Made by a program: the position numbers and the translations under genes. A stretch of 32,000 nt of DNA from Thermofilum adornatum (lineage in GTDB: Archaea > Thermoproteota > Thermoprotei > Thermofilales > Thermofilaceae), in the NCBI RefSeq assembly GCF_000446015.1, contig NC_022093.1, positions 90,001-122,000 on the forward strand, in the 5' to 3' direction. Position 1 is the first letter of the stretch; each line of letters opens with the position of its first letter. Shown one piece after another: positions 24,015 through 32,000 of the stretch. The notes under the pieces were generated by a model. It was not told where the DNA came from and did no database searches. It saw nothing but the letters and a program-made list of their open reading frames with translations.

Positions 24015-25577
24015 CTACCCTCCAGTCATTTGTTTTAGAGTTGCCTGTACCTTGAGGTACTTCGCCCTGGCGGCATTTGTCCAGTCGTTCATGAGTCTCT
24101 GGTAGATTGCGGGGTCGCTTGCTAGTTTCGGGCTTATCTTTATGGCATAGTCAATTGTGAATGTTGTTTGTTGCCCTGTTAGTGGATCTGTGAATGTTAT
24201 GGGGTCAGTAAGCATGTTGACTAGTTGCTGGAACTGTGCATCTGTAATCTTTTTGTCGTTGTAGGCTTTGACTAACTGGGCCCATACGGGCTGGAGATCG
24301 TCGTGGGCGTTTACGAGTGTTGCCTTGAAGTAGTCGACAACGGCCGTTACCCATAGAGATGAGAGGGTCTCGTTGAATGGTATTCCCCCAGCATTAATGA
24401 CGTCGTCAAGAGCCTTCTTTAGGTCTGGCCTCTGCTTTCCCTGTGGAGTATCAAAGATCCTTGGATTTATAGGCAACCTGTTGATGTTCGGGTCAAGCCA
24501 TACGATTTGTCCCCCATTCTCGTTGAGGACCCATGCTACAAATGCTGCTGCCGCCGCCGGGTTTCTGCTTCCCTTGAGGACTGCGATTGGATCTGCATTT
24601 ACAATGCTTTCACCCTTCGGAATAATGTAGAGGCACGACGGGTTCTGTTGCTGTGCAGTGTAACCGTAGAAGTCGATCGTTGTTCCGACTGCGAGGTCTC
24701 CACGTATAACGGCATCTCTGACATCGCTACTCCCGCTATATATCTTGGAGTTTGCCGCGATTAGTGTGAGAACCCTCCATCCTTTGTCCCAGCCGTAGGC
24801 CTGTAGAATAATCTCGAAGATCCTTGTATTGCTCGTGCTCATTGTGGGGTCTGCGATTCCCACTACTTGTAGGGCCGGAAGAGTTACTGCATAGCTGGGG
24901 CTTCCAAGGTCTGACCAGCGTAGCGGTGTGGGCAATTTGTATCTAGCTAGAATGTCCTTGTTTACTGTGAAGCCGAAGCTACTTACGCTTGCTCCTATCC
25001 AGTGTATTTTCCCGTCGCTTCCCACCTTGTATGTCTCTGCACCAGCTATGGTCTTTGGTAGCTTTGCAACCTCGTCTAGTATTACCTTGAACTCTGGATG
25101 CTTGTCGACATCTATTGGTTCAATAAGACCCAAGTCGTCAATGAGGTTGAAGAGTGTCGGACCGCCGCCCCAGGCTACGTCTATTCCCTGGCCCTTCTGG
25201 GCCGCGTTCTTGATGTAGTCGGGCCACTGCTCGGCGTTTATCGGGAGGAAAACTATGTTCTGAATATTATACTTCTTCGCAACGTCACTATTGAGAAACA
25301 TGGTCCTCGTCACGTCTTGGATTGTTTGCTCGTGCCTTGTGATAACGTAGAGTGTTATGCCTTGAGAGGGTGGTGGCTGTTGCTGTGTCTGATTAGTTGT
25401 TGGCTGTGTTGGGGCTGTCTGGTTTGGCTGGGACTGGCCGGGTTGAGACGGCTGACTAGGCTGCGAGGGCTGAGAAGGCTGACTAGGTTGTGGGGGCTTG
25501 TATAGTGTAATAAAGATGGCTGAAACAATTAGTATTGCAAGTACAGCTAGAGCTAGAACAGTTGTTTTCTTGTTCAT
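24015..25577 (-). CDS. ABC transporter substrate-binding protein (family-1, Fbp/Pot/Thi-like), membrane-anchored via an N-terminal TM and PSQ-rich stalk
   Basis: An N-terminal TM (VLALAVLAILIVSAIFITL) is followed by PPQPSQPSQPSQPSQPSQPGQSQPNQTAPTQPTTNQTQQQPPPSQ and then a roughly 440-aa alpha/beta binding-protein-like domain. It sits at the head of the permease and ATPase genes. Confidence 0.8.
   Translation of the reverse strand: MNKKTTVLALAVLAILIVSAIFITLYKPPQPSQPSQPSQPSQPSQPGQSQPNQTAPTQPTTNQTQQQPPPSQGITLYVITRHEQTIQDVTRTMFLNSDVAKKYNIQNIVFLPINAEQWPDYIKNAAQKGQGIDVAWGGGPTLFNLIDDLGLIEPIDVDKHPEFKVILDEVAKLPKTIAGAETYKVGSDGKIHWIGASVSSFGFTVNKDILARYKLPTPLRWSDLGSPSYAVTLPALQVVGIADPTMSTSNTRIFEIILQAYGWDKGWRVLTLIAANSKIYSGSSDVRDAVIRGDLAVGTTIDFYGYTAQQQNPSCLYIIPKGESIVNADPIAVLKGSRNPAAAAAFVAWVLNENGGQIVWLDPNINRLPINPRIFDTPQGKQRPDLKKALDDVINAGGIPFNETLSSLWVTAVVDYFKATLVNAHDDLQPVWAQLVKAYNDKKITDAQFQQLVNMLTDPITFTDPLTGQQTTFTIDYAIKISPKLASDPAIYQRLMNDWTNAARAKYLKVQATLKQMTGG
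25396..25490 (-). repeat. 95-bp repeat, copy 1 (encodes the PSQ-rich stalk of the substrate-binding protein)
   Basis: 94 of 95 nt are identical to 27049-27143 in direct orientation. The single difference (25443 T versus 27096 C) is a synonymous CAA/CAG change. Confidence 0.95.
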
Positions 25578-25670
25578 TTTTATCGCCGTGAAATAATGGC
25601 AGTGGTTCTATATTTGTATTGTTCTGGATCACAAAAGAGAAAAAGACAGAAAAAACAATATTTTTAATGT

Positions 25671-26867
25671 TTATTTTTTGACCTCCGTTGCAGAAGAAGC
25701 CTTAGGTTTCCTGAGGAACATTAATGCCAGAACAACGACTATGAGGACAGCTTCGACGATAACGAGGATCATGAGCTCGTTTACGGTTCCGGCTAGAGAG
25801 TTAACAGTTGCCTTTAGAGAATCTACATCGTTCTTTATGGATTGGATGTCTCCCTGCATCTTTTGAATCGCTGATCCTTGAGATGACACCTGGGAACTTA
25901 GCTGGTTTAGGTTGCCGGACAGAGTTGAGACAGACTGCGAGAGGTCGCCCAACTTTCTCTCGATTGGTCCCGTCGTTATTAGTTTGACCCACCATTTGAT
26001 GAGGTTCTGTACGAATAGTGGGCCGTCAAGTGAGACGCCGTAGTAGCTTGACGCCCATGCTGGCTCGTAGTCGCCGTAGAGGCTCTCGCCTGCGACTACT
26101 ACCAGGCTGTTCTTGTCGCTGAAGTACTCGGCAGCATACATTACGAAGTCGTGGTCTCCTGTCCCTTTACCATAGGTCATCGGGTCATAGACGTATGGTA
26201 TTGGTGGGGTGTTGTCGCCGATGTATGCCTTGTGGGCCCATACGATCCTTATGAGCCCTGGGAAGGTTTCCTTTACGGGGTCGTGGTACTTGCCTTGGGC
26301 ATCCTGCCAGATAATGCATCCTGGCCCGTGCATGAGGATTGGCTTAGTTACCCCCTGCTTGATTATGTCTGTGAATAGCCCCGGAACATTGTCGGGCTCC
26401 ACAAAGGACAACATCCTGTAGTAGGCCTTAGCGGTCACGTTGGGGTTATCGCTGTAGACTGATCCATGCTCCAGGCGCAACTTTGTCCCAATGCCTGCAA
26501 GCAGGTCGTTTATCTGTACAATTGTCTTCTGTCCGGGGCCGTAGTCAGAGTCGCCCGCCACATAGAGAACCTTGTTTCCAGAGAAGAGCCAGTCCTTTAT
26601 TGCCTGTATTTCGTCCGGCGAGAAGGCGACTGTAGGCTGTCCTAGGAGTAGAATGTCTACTCCTTTTAGAACATCGGGTGTAATTGTCGTAGTTATTATT
26701 CTCCATTGTACGCCTGTAATGTTTCCCATGATATAGCTTAGATACTTGTTGCTCTCTCCGTGTCCTAGGTCGACGGCTACTGTTATTGGCTGGGCATGGC
26801 TGTTTACCGCGAAAACTAGTACGGCTACGAGGACCACGCTTACAATTAGAATTTTTTTGGTGTTCAT
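25671..26867 (-). CDS. Surface protein: signal peptide, DUF4350/GldG-like globular domain, coiled-coil stalk and C-terminal TM anchor
   Basis: Signal peptide MNTKKILIVSVVLVAVLVFAVNSHA. The globular region is VAVDLGHGESN...VDILLLGQPTVAFSPDEIQAIKDWLFSGNKVLYVAGDSDYG; the DUF4350-like assignment is tentative. A Ser/Gln/Leu coiled-coil segment follows (LSQSVSTLSGNLNQLSSQVSSQGSAIQKMQGDIQSIKNDVDSLKATVNSLAGTVNEL), then the TM LVIVEAVLIVVVLALMFL and a basic tail. Confidence 0.7.
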   Translation of the reverse strand: MNTKKILIVSVVLVAVLVFAVNSHAQPITVAVDLGHGESNKYLSYIMGNITGVQWRIITTTITPDVLKGVDILLLGQPTVAFSPDEIQAIKDWLFSGNKVLYVAGDSDYGPGQKTIVQINDLLAGIGTKLRLEHGSVYSDNPNVTAKAYYRMLSFVEPDNVPGLFTDIIKQGVTKPILMHGPGCIIWQDAQGKYHDPVKETFPGLIRIVWAHKAYIGDNTPPIPYVYDPMTYGKGTGDHDFVMYAAEYFSDKNSLVVVAGESLYGDYEPAWASSYYGVSLDGPLFVQNLIKWWVKLITTGPIERKLGDLSQSVSTLSGNLNQLSSQVSSQGSAIQKMQGDIQSIKNDVDSLKATVNSLAGTVNELMILVIVEAVLIVVVLALMFLRKPKASSATEVKK

Positions 26868-26918
26868 GTTTATCGAGTAATTAGAATGAGAAAAAACTAT
26901 ATAAATTAAGCGGTCGTT

Positions 26919-29075
26919 TTATGGATTCTTCTTCCTTTCTCTGAGTGCTAGTAGAACCAGCATCGCTACGGCTACGATGAGTATGCCTCCTGCGATCGGC
27001 AGGATAGGAAGAGTTGGCGGCTGGGCTGGCGGTGCCTGTGATGGCTGGGTTGTTGGCTGTGTTGGGGCTGTCTGGTTTGGCTGGGACTGGCCGGGCTGAG
27101 ACGGCTGACTAGGCTGCGAGGGCTGAGAAGGCTGACTAGGTTGCTGCGGCTGCTGGGTTGAGGGCGTAGGAGTCTGGTAGGCTAGTTTATATTCGCTTGT
27201 GGCCTGGTTGCCGGCGTTGTCGAAGGCTACCATCTTTATGGTTATGCTGTCGACGTTCTCGATAGGCGGAATCGTAAGTTTGTATACGAAGGAGGTTACT
27301 GGGGAGATGAGCGTATTAGGCGAGTAAAGTTCCGGTGCGAGTTTGTATTCTTTTCCGGCAAGAACATAGCTTGCCGTGAAGTTCTTTACGCCCCACCCGG
27401 GGTCGGCTACCTCCACAAAGACGTTAACTGTTGCCCCGCTGGCTGGCTGTGCTGGGTTAAGCATTTTTACCTTTATTGTTGGTGGCTGGTTGTCGGGGGC
27501 CCTGTACAATGCGAATTCGAGCCGGCCCTTGTAGGGCAGTTTAACGTGTAGGGCTAGGTAGAGCTTGCCGTCCAGGTACATTTTGTCCAAGACTTGTATG
27601 CTTGCACCGTTAAGAGCGTTTAGAACCTTTATGTTGAAGTCGCCTATCCAGGGGAGGCACCATACAACGGTGTTTTCGAGGTCCAGGTAAGAGAGGTCGT
27701 TTTCAACGCTGAAGACATAGGCTTCTCCCGACTGGAGATAATAGGTCGGGGTAAAGACTTGATTAGAGACTCCCAGGTTGTTTCTGGGAGGATAGATTCC
27801 TACGGGTATAGTGTTCTGGGCGAGCTTAGTAGAGTCATTGTTAAAGCCTATAAATGTGGAAGGCTTGAATGGGAAGTCTATATTCCCAGTGGTAAGGTCC
27901 AGCGTGTAGAAGTCTAAGCCGTCGTATATGGCGGAGCCCATCCCCAGGGTTGTGATCGTGATGAAATAGGTAGTGAAGCCCGTCCTCGTACTCGTATACT
28001 TCGTGAAGAGGTCCCTGTGGACATGGCCAGAGAACACATAGTTGACCTTGTAGTCCTCTATCATTTTCAGGAAGTATCTCACTGCATCCATGTTGGCGCC
28101 CCAGTACGAAGAGACGGGCGAGTTGGGGTTCTTCTGTGGGTCGTAGGGAGCGATTACGTTCTGGTCATCGTACCTCGTCTTGAGTTCTCCCTGATAGTAG
28201 AACACTGGGTGATGCACAAGTATGATCTTGATGGGAACATCCTTGTTGGCCTCGAGCACTTGGCTTGCCCACTGTAGCTGTTCCATTGGGGGATATCCTT
28301 GCTCAGGGGAAAAGAGTCCAATAATGAGGAGCTTGCCGCCTATGACCCTATACCACGTGGTGTCGCCGTAGTACTTTGTGAAGCTGTCGGGGGGATGATC
28401 GTGGTTTCCGGGGACTGCGAGGATTGGATAGCTATAGAGGAACGCATACTCAAACGAGACTGCCTGTGCATACTGGTCTGCAGAGGCTGTGTCGGCAATG
28501 TCGCCCGTGTCGATTATGAGGTCGGGGCCGAGCAGGCTGGCCACTAGGTATCCTGCGAGCCTGTTCATGTCGCCTGTTATAACGTCTGGCTGGCCTGCAC
28601 CATAGTGCTGGTCGCTGAAGTGGGCAATCTTCAGCTTGGATGGCAAAGTCTTGTAGACCCAGACGCTTCTAGGCAGCCTAATGGTTGTAGGGCCCTTGAT
28701 GACGAGGTCGTATAGGCCGGGCTCCACGCTTGGAGGTATAGATAACGTCAGGGTGTTCCCACTACTAGTGACCGTCACCGTATAATTTCTAATCTTCAAG
28801 CCAGAGTCGTAGACCACTGTATACATGTATGCCGAGGAAACTGTGCCGACCTGGACGTTCTGCTGGAGTTTAACCTGGACAGTGCCGCCGGGCTGAACAA
28901 TTGCGGGTTTCCCCAGGCCAATGTTAGTAGCGGGGTTTTGCTGTGCAAAGGAAAGTATGCCCGGTAGGTTTGGCTGTGAAAATGCTGGCGCAAAAGCGAC
29001 TGCCAGTACTATTATCAGGGAGAATATGGCGAGGTATCGAGAATTTTTCTCTATTTTGTTTGACATTTTCTTCAC
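26919..29075 (-). CDS. Surface-anchored calcineurin-like metallophosphoesterase with Ig-like flanking domains, PSQ-rich stalk and C-terminal TM anchor
   Basis: Signal or anchor sequence at the N-terminus. Metallophosphoesterase motifs appear in order: IAHFSDQHYG, IDTGDIAD, VPGNHDH, ILVHHP, FSGHVHRD. The C-terminus reads QQPQQPSQPSQPSQPSQPSQPGQSQPNQTAPTQPTTQPSQAPPAQPP, followed by the TM IAGGILIVAVAMLVLLAL and RERKKNP. Confidence 0.85.
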   Translation of the reverse strand: MKKMSNKIEKNSRYLAIFSLIIVLAVAFAPAFSQPNLPGILSFAQQNPATNIGLGKPAIVQPGGTVQVKLQQNVQVGTVSSAYMYTVVYDSGLKIRNYTVTVTSSGNTLTLSIPPSVEPGLYDLVIKGPTTIRLPRSVWVYKTLPSKLKIAHFSDQHYGAGQPDVITGDMNRLAGYLVASLLGPDLIIDTGDIADTASADQYAQAVSFEYAFLYSYPILAVPGNHDHPPDSFTKYYGDTTWYRVIGGKLLIIGLFSPEQGYPPMEQLQWASQVLEANKDVPIKIILVHHPVFYYQGELKTRYDDQNVIAPYDPQKNPNSPVSSYWGANMDAVRYFLKMIEDYKVNYVFSGHVHRDLFTKYTSTRTGFTTYFITITTLGMGSAIYDGLDFYTLDLTTGNIDFPFKPSTFIGFNNDSTKLAQNTIPVGIYPPRNNLGVSNQVFTPTYYLQSGEAYVFSVENDLSYLDLENTVVWCLPWIGDFNIKVLNALNGASIQVLDKMYLDGKLYLALHVKLPYKGRLEFALYRAPDNQPPTIKVKMLNPAQPASGATVNVFVEVADPGWGVKNFTASYVLAGKEYKLAPELYSPNTLISPVTSFVYKLTIPPIENVDSITIKMVAFDNAGNQATSEYKLAYQTPTPSTQQPQQPSQPSQPSQPSQPSQPGQSQPNQTAPTQPTTQPSQAPPAQPPTLPILPIAGGILIVAVAMLVLLALRERKKNP
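27049..27143 (-). repeat. 95-bp repeat, copy 2 (encodes the PSQ-rich stalk of the metallophosphoesterase)
   Basis: 94 of 95 nt are identical to 25396-25490. Both copies are in frame and specify the same stretch of about 32 aa: QPSQPSQPSQPSQPSQPGQSQPNQTAPTQPTT. Confidence 0.95.
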
Positions 29076-29250
29076 AACTATAGAATCCCCTCGTGTCTTT
29101 AAATTGTTTTCTTTCCATACGATAATAGGAAACTTTTCTCAAGACCTGCAACAAGTCATCAAGACGAGCTAAGAGCTTCTACAAAATTTTGCCCTCAAAG
29201 ACTTGGATTCTGCTCCTCAACGAAAAAGCTTCATAGAGCGCCGAGACCCC

Positions 29251-29880
29251 CTAGCGATGCCCCAGCTCTTCTTTTTCAAACAGCTCTCTAAGCTCTTCCA
29301 GCCCAATTTCAGAGACAGAAATCACCAATCCATTCATGTCCGTCCATACTGGGTACACGCCATTCCTCCCAAGCGCATAGTCGCTTGTAGCAGGCATAAA
29401 GTAAACTTCTAGCCTATCGAGAAGCGGGCCTACCTTTTCGCCCACTTTGCTTAGGAGATAAGCAGGAAGCTTTTCTCGAGAAAACGATACGACTTCTCCC
29501 CGCTGGATAGCCTTCACCCGGGCCGTCCAAACATCTGCAACAAACCCGTTATACAGCTCGCCCGGGGAAGACAGGTAGCCAGGTATACCATCTATTTCAA
29601 GGGTCAATTGGCCATCTCCACTAATCGTTGCAACTTTTCCACAGTCCGAGACATATGTCTTGAGACACACTACGTGGCTCGACCCGAGGCCCCTGGCCAC
29701 AGTGACCCGGAAAACTGCCCTCTTCTTCTCGTAGAACACCACCACAGTCCTGTTACTCGTTTTCTGGGGCTTGATGGGCAGCCCCAGGAGCGCGACCTTC
29801 CTAAGAGCAGTATAAGCAATGTCTGCAAGAGTCATGTTCAACCTTGCTTCTATTATCCTGTTTAGATCCTCCTCAAACAT
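29251..29880 (-). CDS. Hypothetical protein (209 aa from the ATG at 29880)
   Basis: The ORF-track entry 29251-30276 runs into the XPD gene out of frame with an Arg/Pro-rich, low-complexity translation. The first Met after the XPD stop (MFEEDLNRIIEARL) gives a globular-looking 209-aa protein, 80 bp downstream of XPD. I recognise no family. Confidence 0.55.
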   Translation of the reverse strand: MFEEDLNRIIEARLNMTLADIAYTALRKVALLGLPIKPQKTSNRTVVVFYEKKRAVFRVTVARGLGSSHVVCLKTYVSDCGKVATISGDGQLTLEIDGIPGYLSSPGELYNGFVADVWTARVKAIQRGEVVSFSREKLPAYLLSKVGEKVGPLLDRLEVYFMPATSDYALGRNGVYPVWTDMNGLVISVSEIGLEELRELFEKEELGHR

Positions 29881-29960
29881 ATCTCTTAAAGTCAAAGACA
29901 GGTGTATTTTAAATGTTGTTTTTGAAGAATAGAGAGGTTTCTCTAAATTATCTTGAAGTT

Positions 29961-31811
29961 TTATAGCCTGATTTTTTCCCAGGGTGGCTGTATGTGGTCC
30001 AGCTTTGTGTGGCTTATTTCTTGTCTTAGCTCGCGGACGTAGTCTGGCAGGAGTGGCAGGTAATTGTTGTAGCGGTGGTCGCCCAGGATTATTACTGCTT
30101 GGTCTCTTGGGCTTCTGAGGGCTCTCCCTATTGCTTGTGAGGCTTTGCGGAGGGCGGGGTATATGTATGCGTAGAGTCTTCCTTTTCCTTCTCCGTATAG
30201 CTCCTCGTAGTAGGAGATGTAGAGGTTGGTCTTTACTGTTGGTTTTTCGAAGGGTATTCCTGCGAGGAAGACGCATACAAGCTCTTTTCCGGGGAGGTCT
30301 ATGCCTTCGGCGAATCTTCCACCCATTGGTGCTACTAGTAGCCCTTTTCCTTCGTCTGCAAGCTCCTTGAACTCTTGGAGTACTTCTCCGGCTTCTTGGC
30401 CACTCATATCCCTTTTCTCGACGAAGACTTGGTAGCCCTTTTGTTGGCTTGTCTCCCTTAGACCTGCTTCTAGGAGCTTCAGCTGTATCCTGTAGCTGGC
30501 AGTGAAGACGGCCGTGTTTCCCTTTACCCTCTCGAGGACCTTTCCGATAGCTTCTACATATTTTCTGGCCATTTCCTGTGAGAGCTCTTCGCCTCTTGTT
30601 GTGAGGTCTTTTACAATGTATACGGATGCATTTGTCTCGTCGTATGGGCTGGGGACGCTTATGGGCTTGTAGTTTTTTACTCCTATTGTCTCGGCGAACG
30701 CCTCTATGGGGCTGAGGGTGCCAGACATAAATATTACCCTTCTAAACTTCTTCCAGACGTTTGAGAGTATCTCAGAGGATCTCATGTCCCATATGTTGAG
30801 GTGTATTTTGCCATCGATTTTTTCGGCTATCAGGGCTACTCCTCTTTCTCCCTCGTAGCTGGTTGCCTCTTCTAGGAAGTTTGCCAAGTGGTACAGGCTA
30901 CTGTGCGGCCTTTTACCTTCTCTAAACCTCATGTCCCTTACCTCCTCGCCTAGAATCTTCATTTTCTCTATCATTTCCTCGCGTCCATCTATGAGTTTAA
31001 GCGGGCTGAATACTTGGGACTCTTCTTCGCCTAGGCTCGAGAACTCTTTTTCCACGTTTTCCTGTATCTTGTCTATGAATTCGGCCATGTCTCTGGCTTC
31101 TAGTTCTTCTGCCTCTCTTTTCGCCCTCTCAATTGTGCCCTCTGTCACTGTGTCTCCGCCGAGGTTTAGCTGTGTCAGGTTGTGCGCCTCGTCCACTACG
31201 AGTATGGACTGGCTAAGCGGGAAGGCTCCCTTTATCGTCCAGGAGAGGTTCTCGTCTACCACGTAGTTATAGCTGAGCGATACTACGTCTGCCACTTTAA
31301 GCAACTCTCTCTGTAGAAAGTATGGGCATACCTTTTTCTTTCGGGCCCATTCATAGACTTCACTGTAGGTTAGCACGCCCCTGCTCAGCAGGATGCTGTA
31401 GTCTACGCCTTCCTCTAGCCTATTGTAGTATGGGCACCTCTTCCTCTCGCGGCTACATATGTAGGAGACCTCGCTGTAGTCAAGTGTCTCGCCGAACTCC
31501 TTCGCTAGGAGGCACATGTCCTTTTTCCCGCGGAAGCTCATAGCTATGAATCTTGCATTTGACTTTTCGCGGAAGACCCTGAACTCCTCGATTGGCCTGT
31601 CCGTCTCATTTCCCGTTCTAACGGCCCACACTATTCTTCCTCCCCTGTCTAGGAAGGGCAAAAGCGAATAGATTACTACAGGTGTTTTGCCGAAGCCTGT
31701 TGGGGCCTCGAGGATAACGTTGGCTGTCTTGAGTGTTTCCTGTATCTCTGAGGCTACCTCTAGTTGGCGGGGCCTCGGCTTGTAGGGAAACTTGTATTTC
31801 GAGAGGCTCAA
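29961..31811 (-). CDS. xpd: XPD/Rad3-family 5'-3' DNA helicase (FeS-cluster SF2 helicase)
   Basis: Walker A LEAPTGFGKT and DEAH box LVVDEAHNL are present. Four cysteines lie in the expected FeS-domain region (DMCLL, YICSRERKRCPYY, KKVCPYF). C-terminal helicase motifs are FMSGTLSP and GGRFAEGID. Confidence 0.9.
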   Translation of the reverse strand: MSLSKYKFPYKPRPRQLEVASEIQETLKTANVILEAPTGFGKTPVVIYSLLPFLDRGGRIVWAVRTGNETDRPIEEFRVFREKSNARFIAMSFRGKKDMCLLAKEFGETLDYSEVSYICSRERKRCPYYNRLEEGVDYSILLSRGVLTYSEVYEWARKKKVCPYFLQRELLKVADVVSLSYNYVVDENLSWTIKGAFPLSQSILVVDEAHNLTQLNLGGDTVTEGTIERAKREAEELEARDMAEFIDKIQENVEKEFSSLGEEESQVFSPLKLIDGREEMIEKMKILGEEVRDMRFREGKRPHSSLYHLANFLEEATSYEGERGVALIAEKIDGKIHLNIWDMRSSEILSNVWKKFRRVIFMSGTLSPIEAFAETIGVKNYKPISVPSPYDETNASVYIVKDLTTRGEELSQEMARKYVEAIGKVLERVKGNTAVFTASYRIQLKLLEAGLRETSQQKGYQVFVEKRDMSGQEAGEVLQEFKELADEGKGLLVAPMGGRFAEGIDLPGKELVCVFLAGIPFEKPTVKTNLYISYYEELYGEGKGRLYAYIYPALRKASQAIGRALRSPRDQAVIILGDHRYNNYLPLLPDYVRELRQEISHTKLDHIQPPWEKIRL

Positions 31812-31938
31812 ACTTATCCTTTGTTGGTTTTCGAGACTCTACTTAAAAAGATAGTGGGTTCCTGCATAGCATTTAAGGAACGCGTCACAAATGGATTTTT
31901 ATTGCATTTTGTCAATAGTGAAAAAGGAGGGTTCAGGG

Positions 31939-32000
31939 GTGCCGGCAAAGATTTGGAAGGTTGACCCATCTGATCCAGATCCAAGAGCCATCGAGGAAGC
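31939..32000 (+). CDS. Start of a probable Sua5/YwlC-type threonylcarbamoyl-AMP synthase gene (partial, runs off the window)
   Basis: A GTG at 31939 is preceded by GGAGGG (31926-31931). The translation VPAKIWKVDPSDPDPRAIEEA resembles the usual archaeal Sua5 N-terminus (..I.KVDP..PD...I.EAA). Only 20 codons are visible. Confidence 0.4.
   Translation, partial: MPAKIWKVDPSDPDPRAIEE

Noticed and set aside
25396-27143. Possibility that the short periodic repeats (9-bp PSQ units, two 95-bp copies) are a CRISPR array or a mobile-element terminal repeat
   Set aside because: Both copies are in frame inside long ORFs and encode a Pro/Ser/Gln linker. There is no repeat-spacer periodicity, no cas genes and no transposase or integrase. 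The 1.56 kb between the copies holds the start of the binding-protein gene, an ordinary surface-protein gene and the 3' end of the phosphoesterase gene.
29881-30276. N-terminal 132 codons of the ORF-track entry 29251-30276, overlapping the 3' end of the XPD gene in another frame
   Set aside because: The translation is Arg/Pro/Lys-rich and low in complexity (RRRKRKTLRIHIPRPPQS...). The XPD frame over the same bases carries conserved helicase C-terminal sequence. A clean Met start (29880) exists just after the XPD stop.
31764-31964. 66-aa plus-strand ORF spanning the XPD start and the divergent spacer
   Set aside because: It overlaps the XPD N-terminal coding region in antisense and the AT-rich promoter spacer. 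The Sua5-like reading frame that starts at the GTG at 31939 is a different frame with a recognisable N-terminus.
1-32000. Search for tRNA, rRNA, integrase/transposase or att-like flanking repeats that would mark an integrated element around the 13-17 kb accessory-looking genes
   Set aside because: I saw no T-arm/GTTCGAATC-like tRNA signature in any intergenic spacer, no recombinase-like ORF and no long flanking direct repeats. I cannot compute GC skew or k-mer deviation by eye, so a cryptic island is not excluded.

Overview
This is a densely coded chromosomal segment of about 31 protein genes. The features look like a thermophilic crenarchaeon (Thermoprotei-like): short AT-rich spacers with TATA-like boxes, gene overlaps or abutments of 0-17 bp, Lys/Glu-rich cytoplasmic proteins, and secreted proteins rich in N-x-S/T sequons carrying Pro/Ser/Gln stalks next to a membrane anchor. 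Taxonomy is inferred from these features only.

Contents, left to right:
- The tail of an ABC importer (permease and ATPase).
- Glycerophosphodiester phosphodiesterase and 3-methyladenine DNA glycosylase.
- A secreted coiled-coil protein convergent with a secreted Lon-type (S16) protease.
- An MTH938-like protein.
- A tungstate TupABC transporter, followed by a ModE-HTH/PBP-domain regulator and an RHH protein.
- A type-III P-type ATPase.
- A stand-alone ATP-cone protein, QueT, and a DUF4013-like membrane protein.
- A tightly coupled pair made of a 4-TM membrane protein and a BrxL-like AAA+ ATPase that lacks the Lon-like domain.
- A dsrE-tusA-sqr-DUF1641 sulfur operon.
- A creatininase-family enzyme.
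- A long co-directional block: surface-anchored metallophosphoesterase, surface-anchored DUF4350-like protein, and a Fbp/Pot/Thi-type ABC importer.
- A 209-aa hypothetical protein, an XPD/Rad3 helicase, and the first 20 codons of a Sua5-like gene.

I found no rRNA, tRNA, CRISPR array, integrase or transposase.

The best candidate for an undescribed system is the membrane-protein plus orphan BrxL-like ATPase cassette at 15217-17361, possibly with the small divergent ORF at 14967-15197. No other BREX component lies in the window. Other observations worth a second look:
- A 95-bp near-identical repeat encodes the same PSQ-rich stalk in two unrelated surface proteins.
- The extracellular Lon-type protease sits next to the secreted coiled-coil protein.
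- A weak C/D-box-sRNA-like element lies in an unusually long convergent spacer.

All family assignments come from motif recognition by eye, not from database searches.
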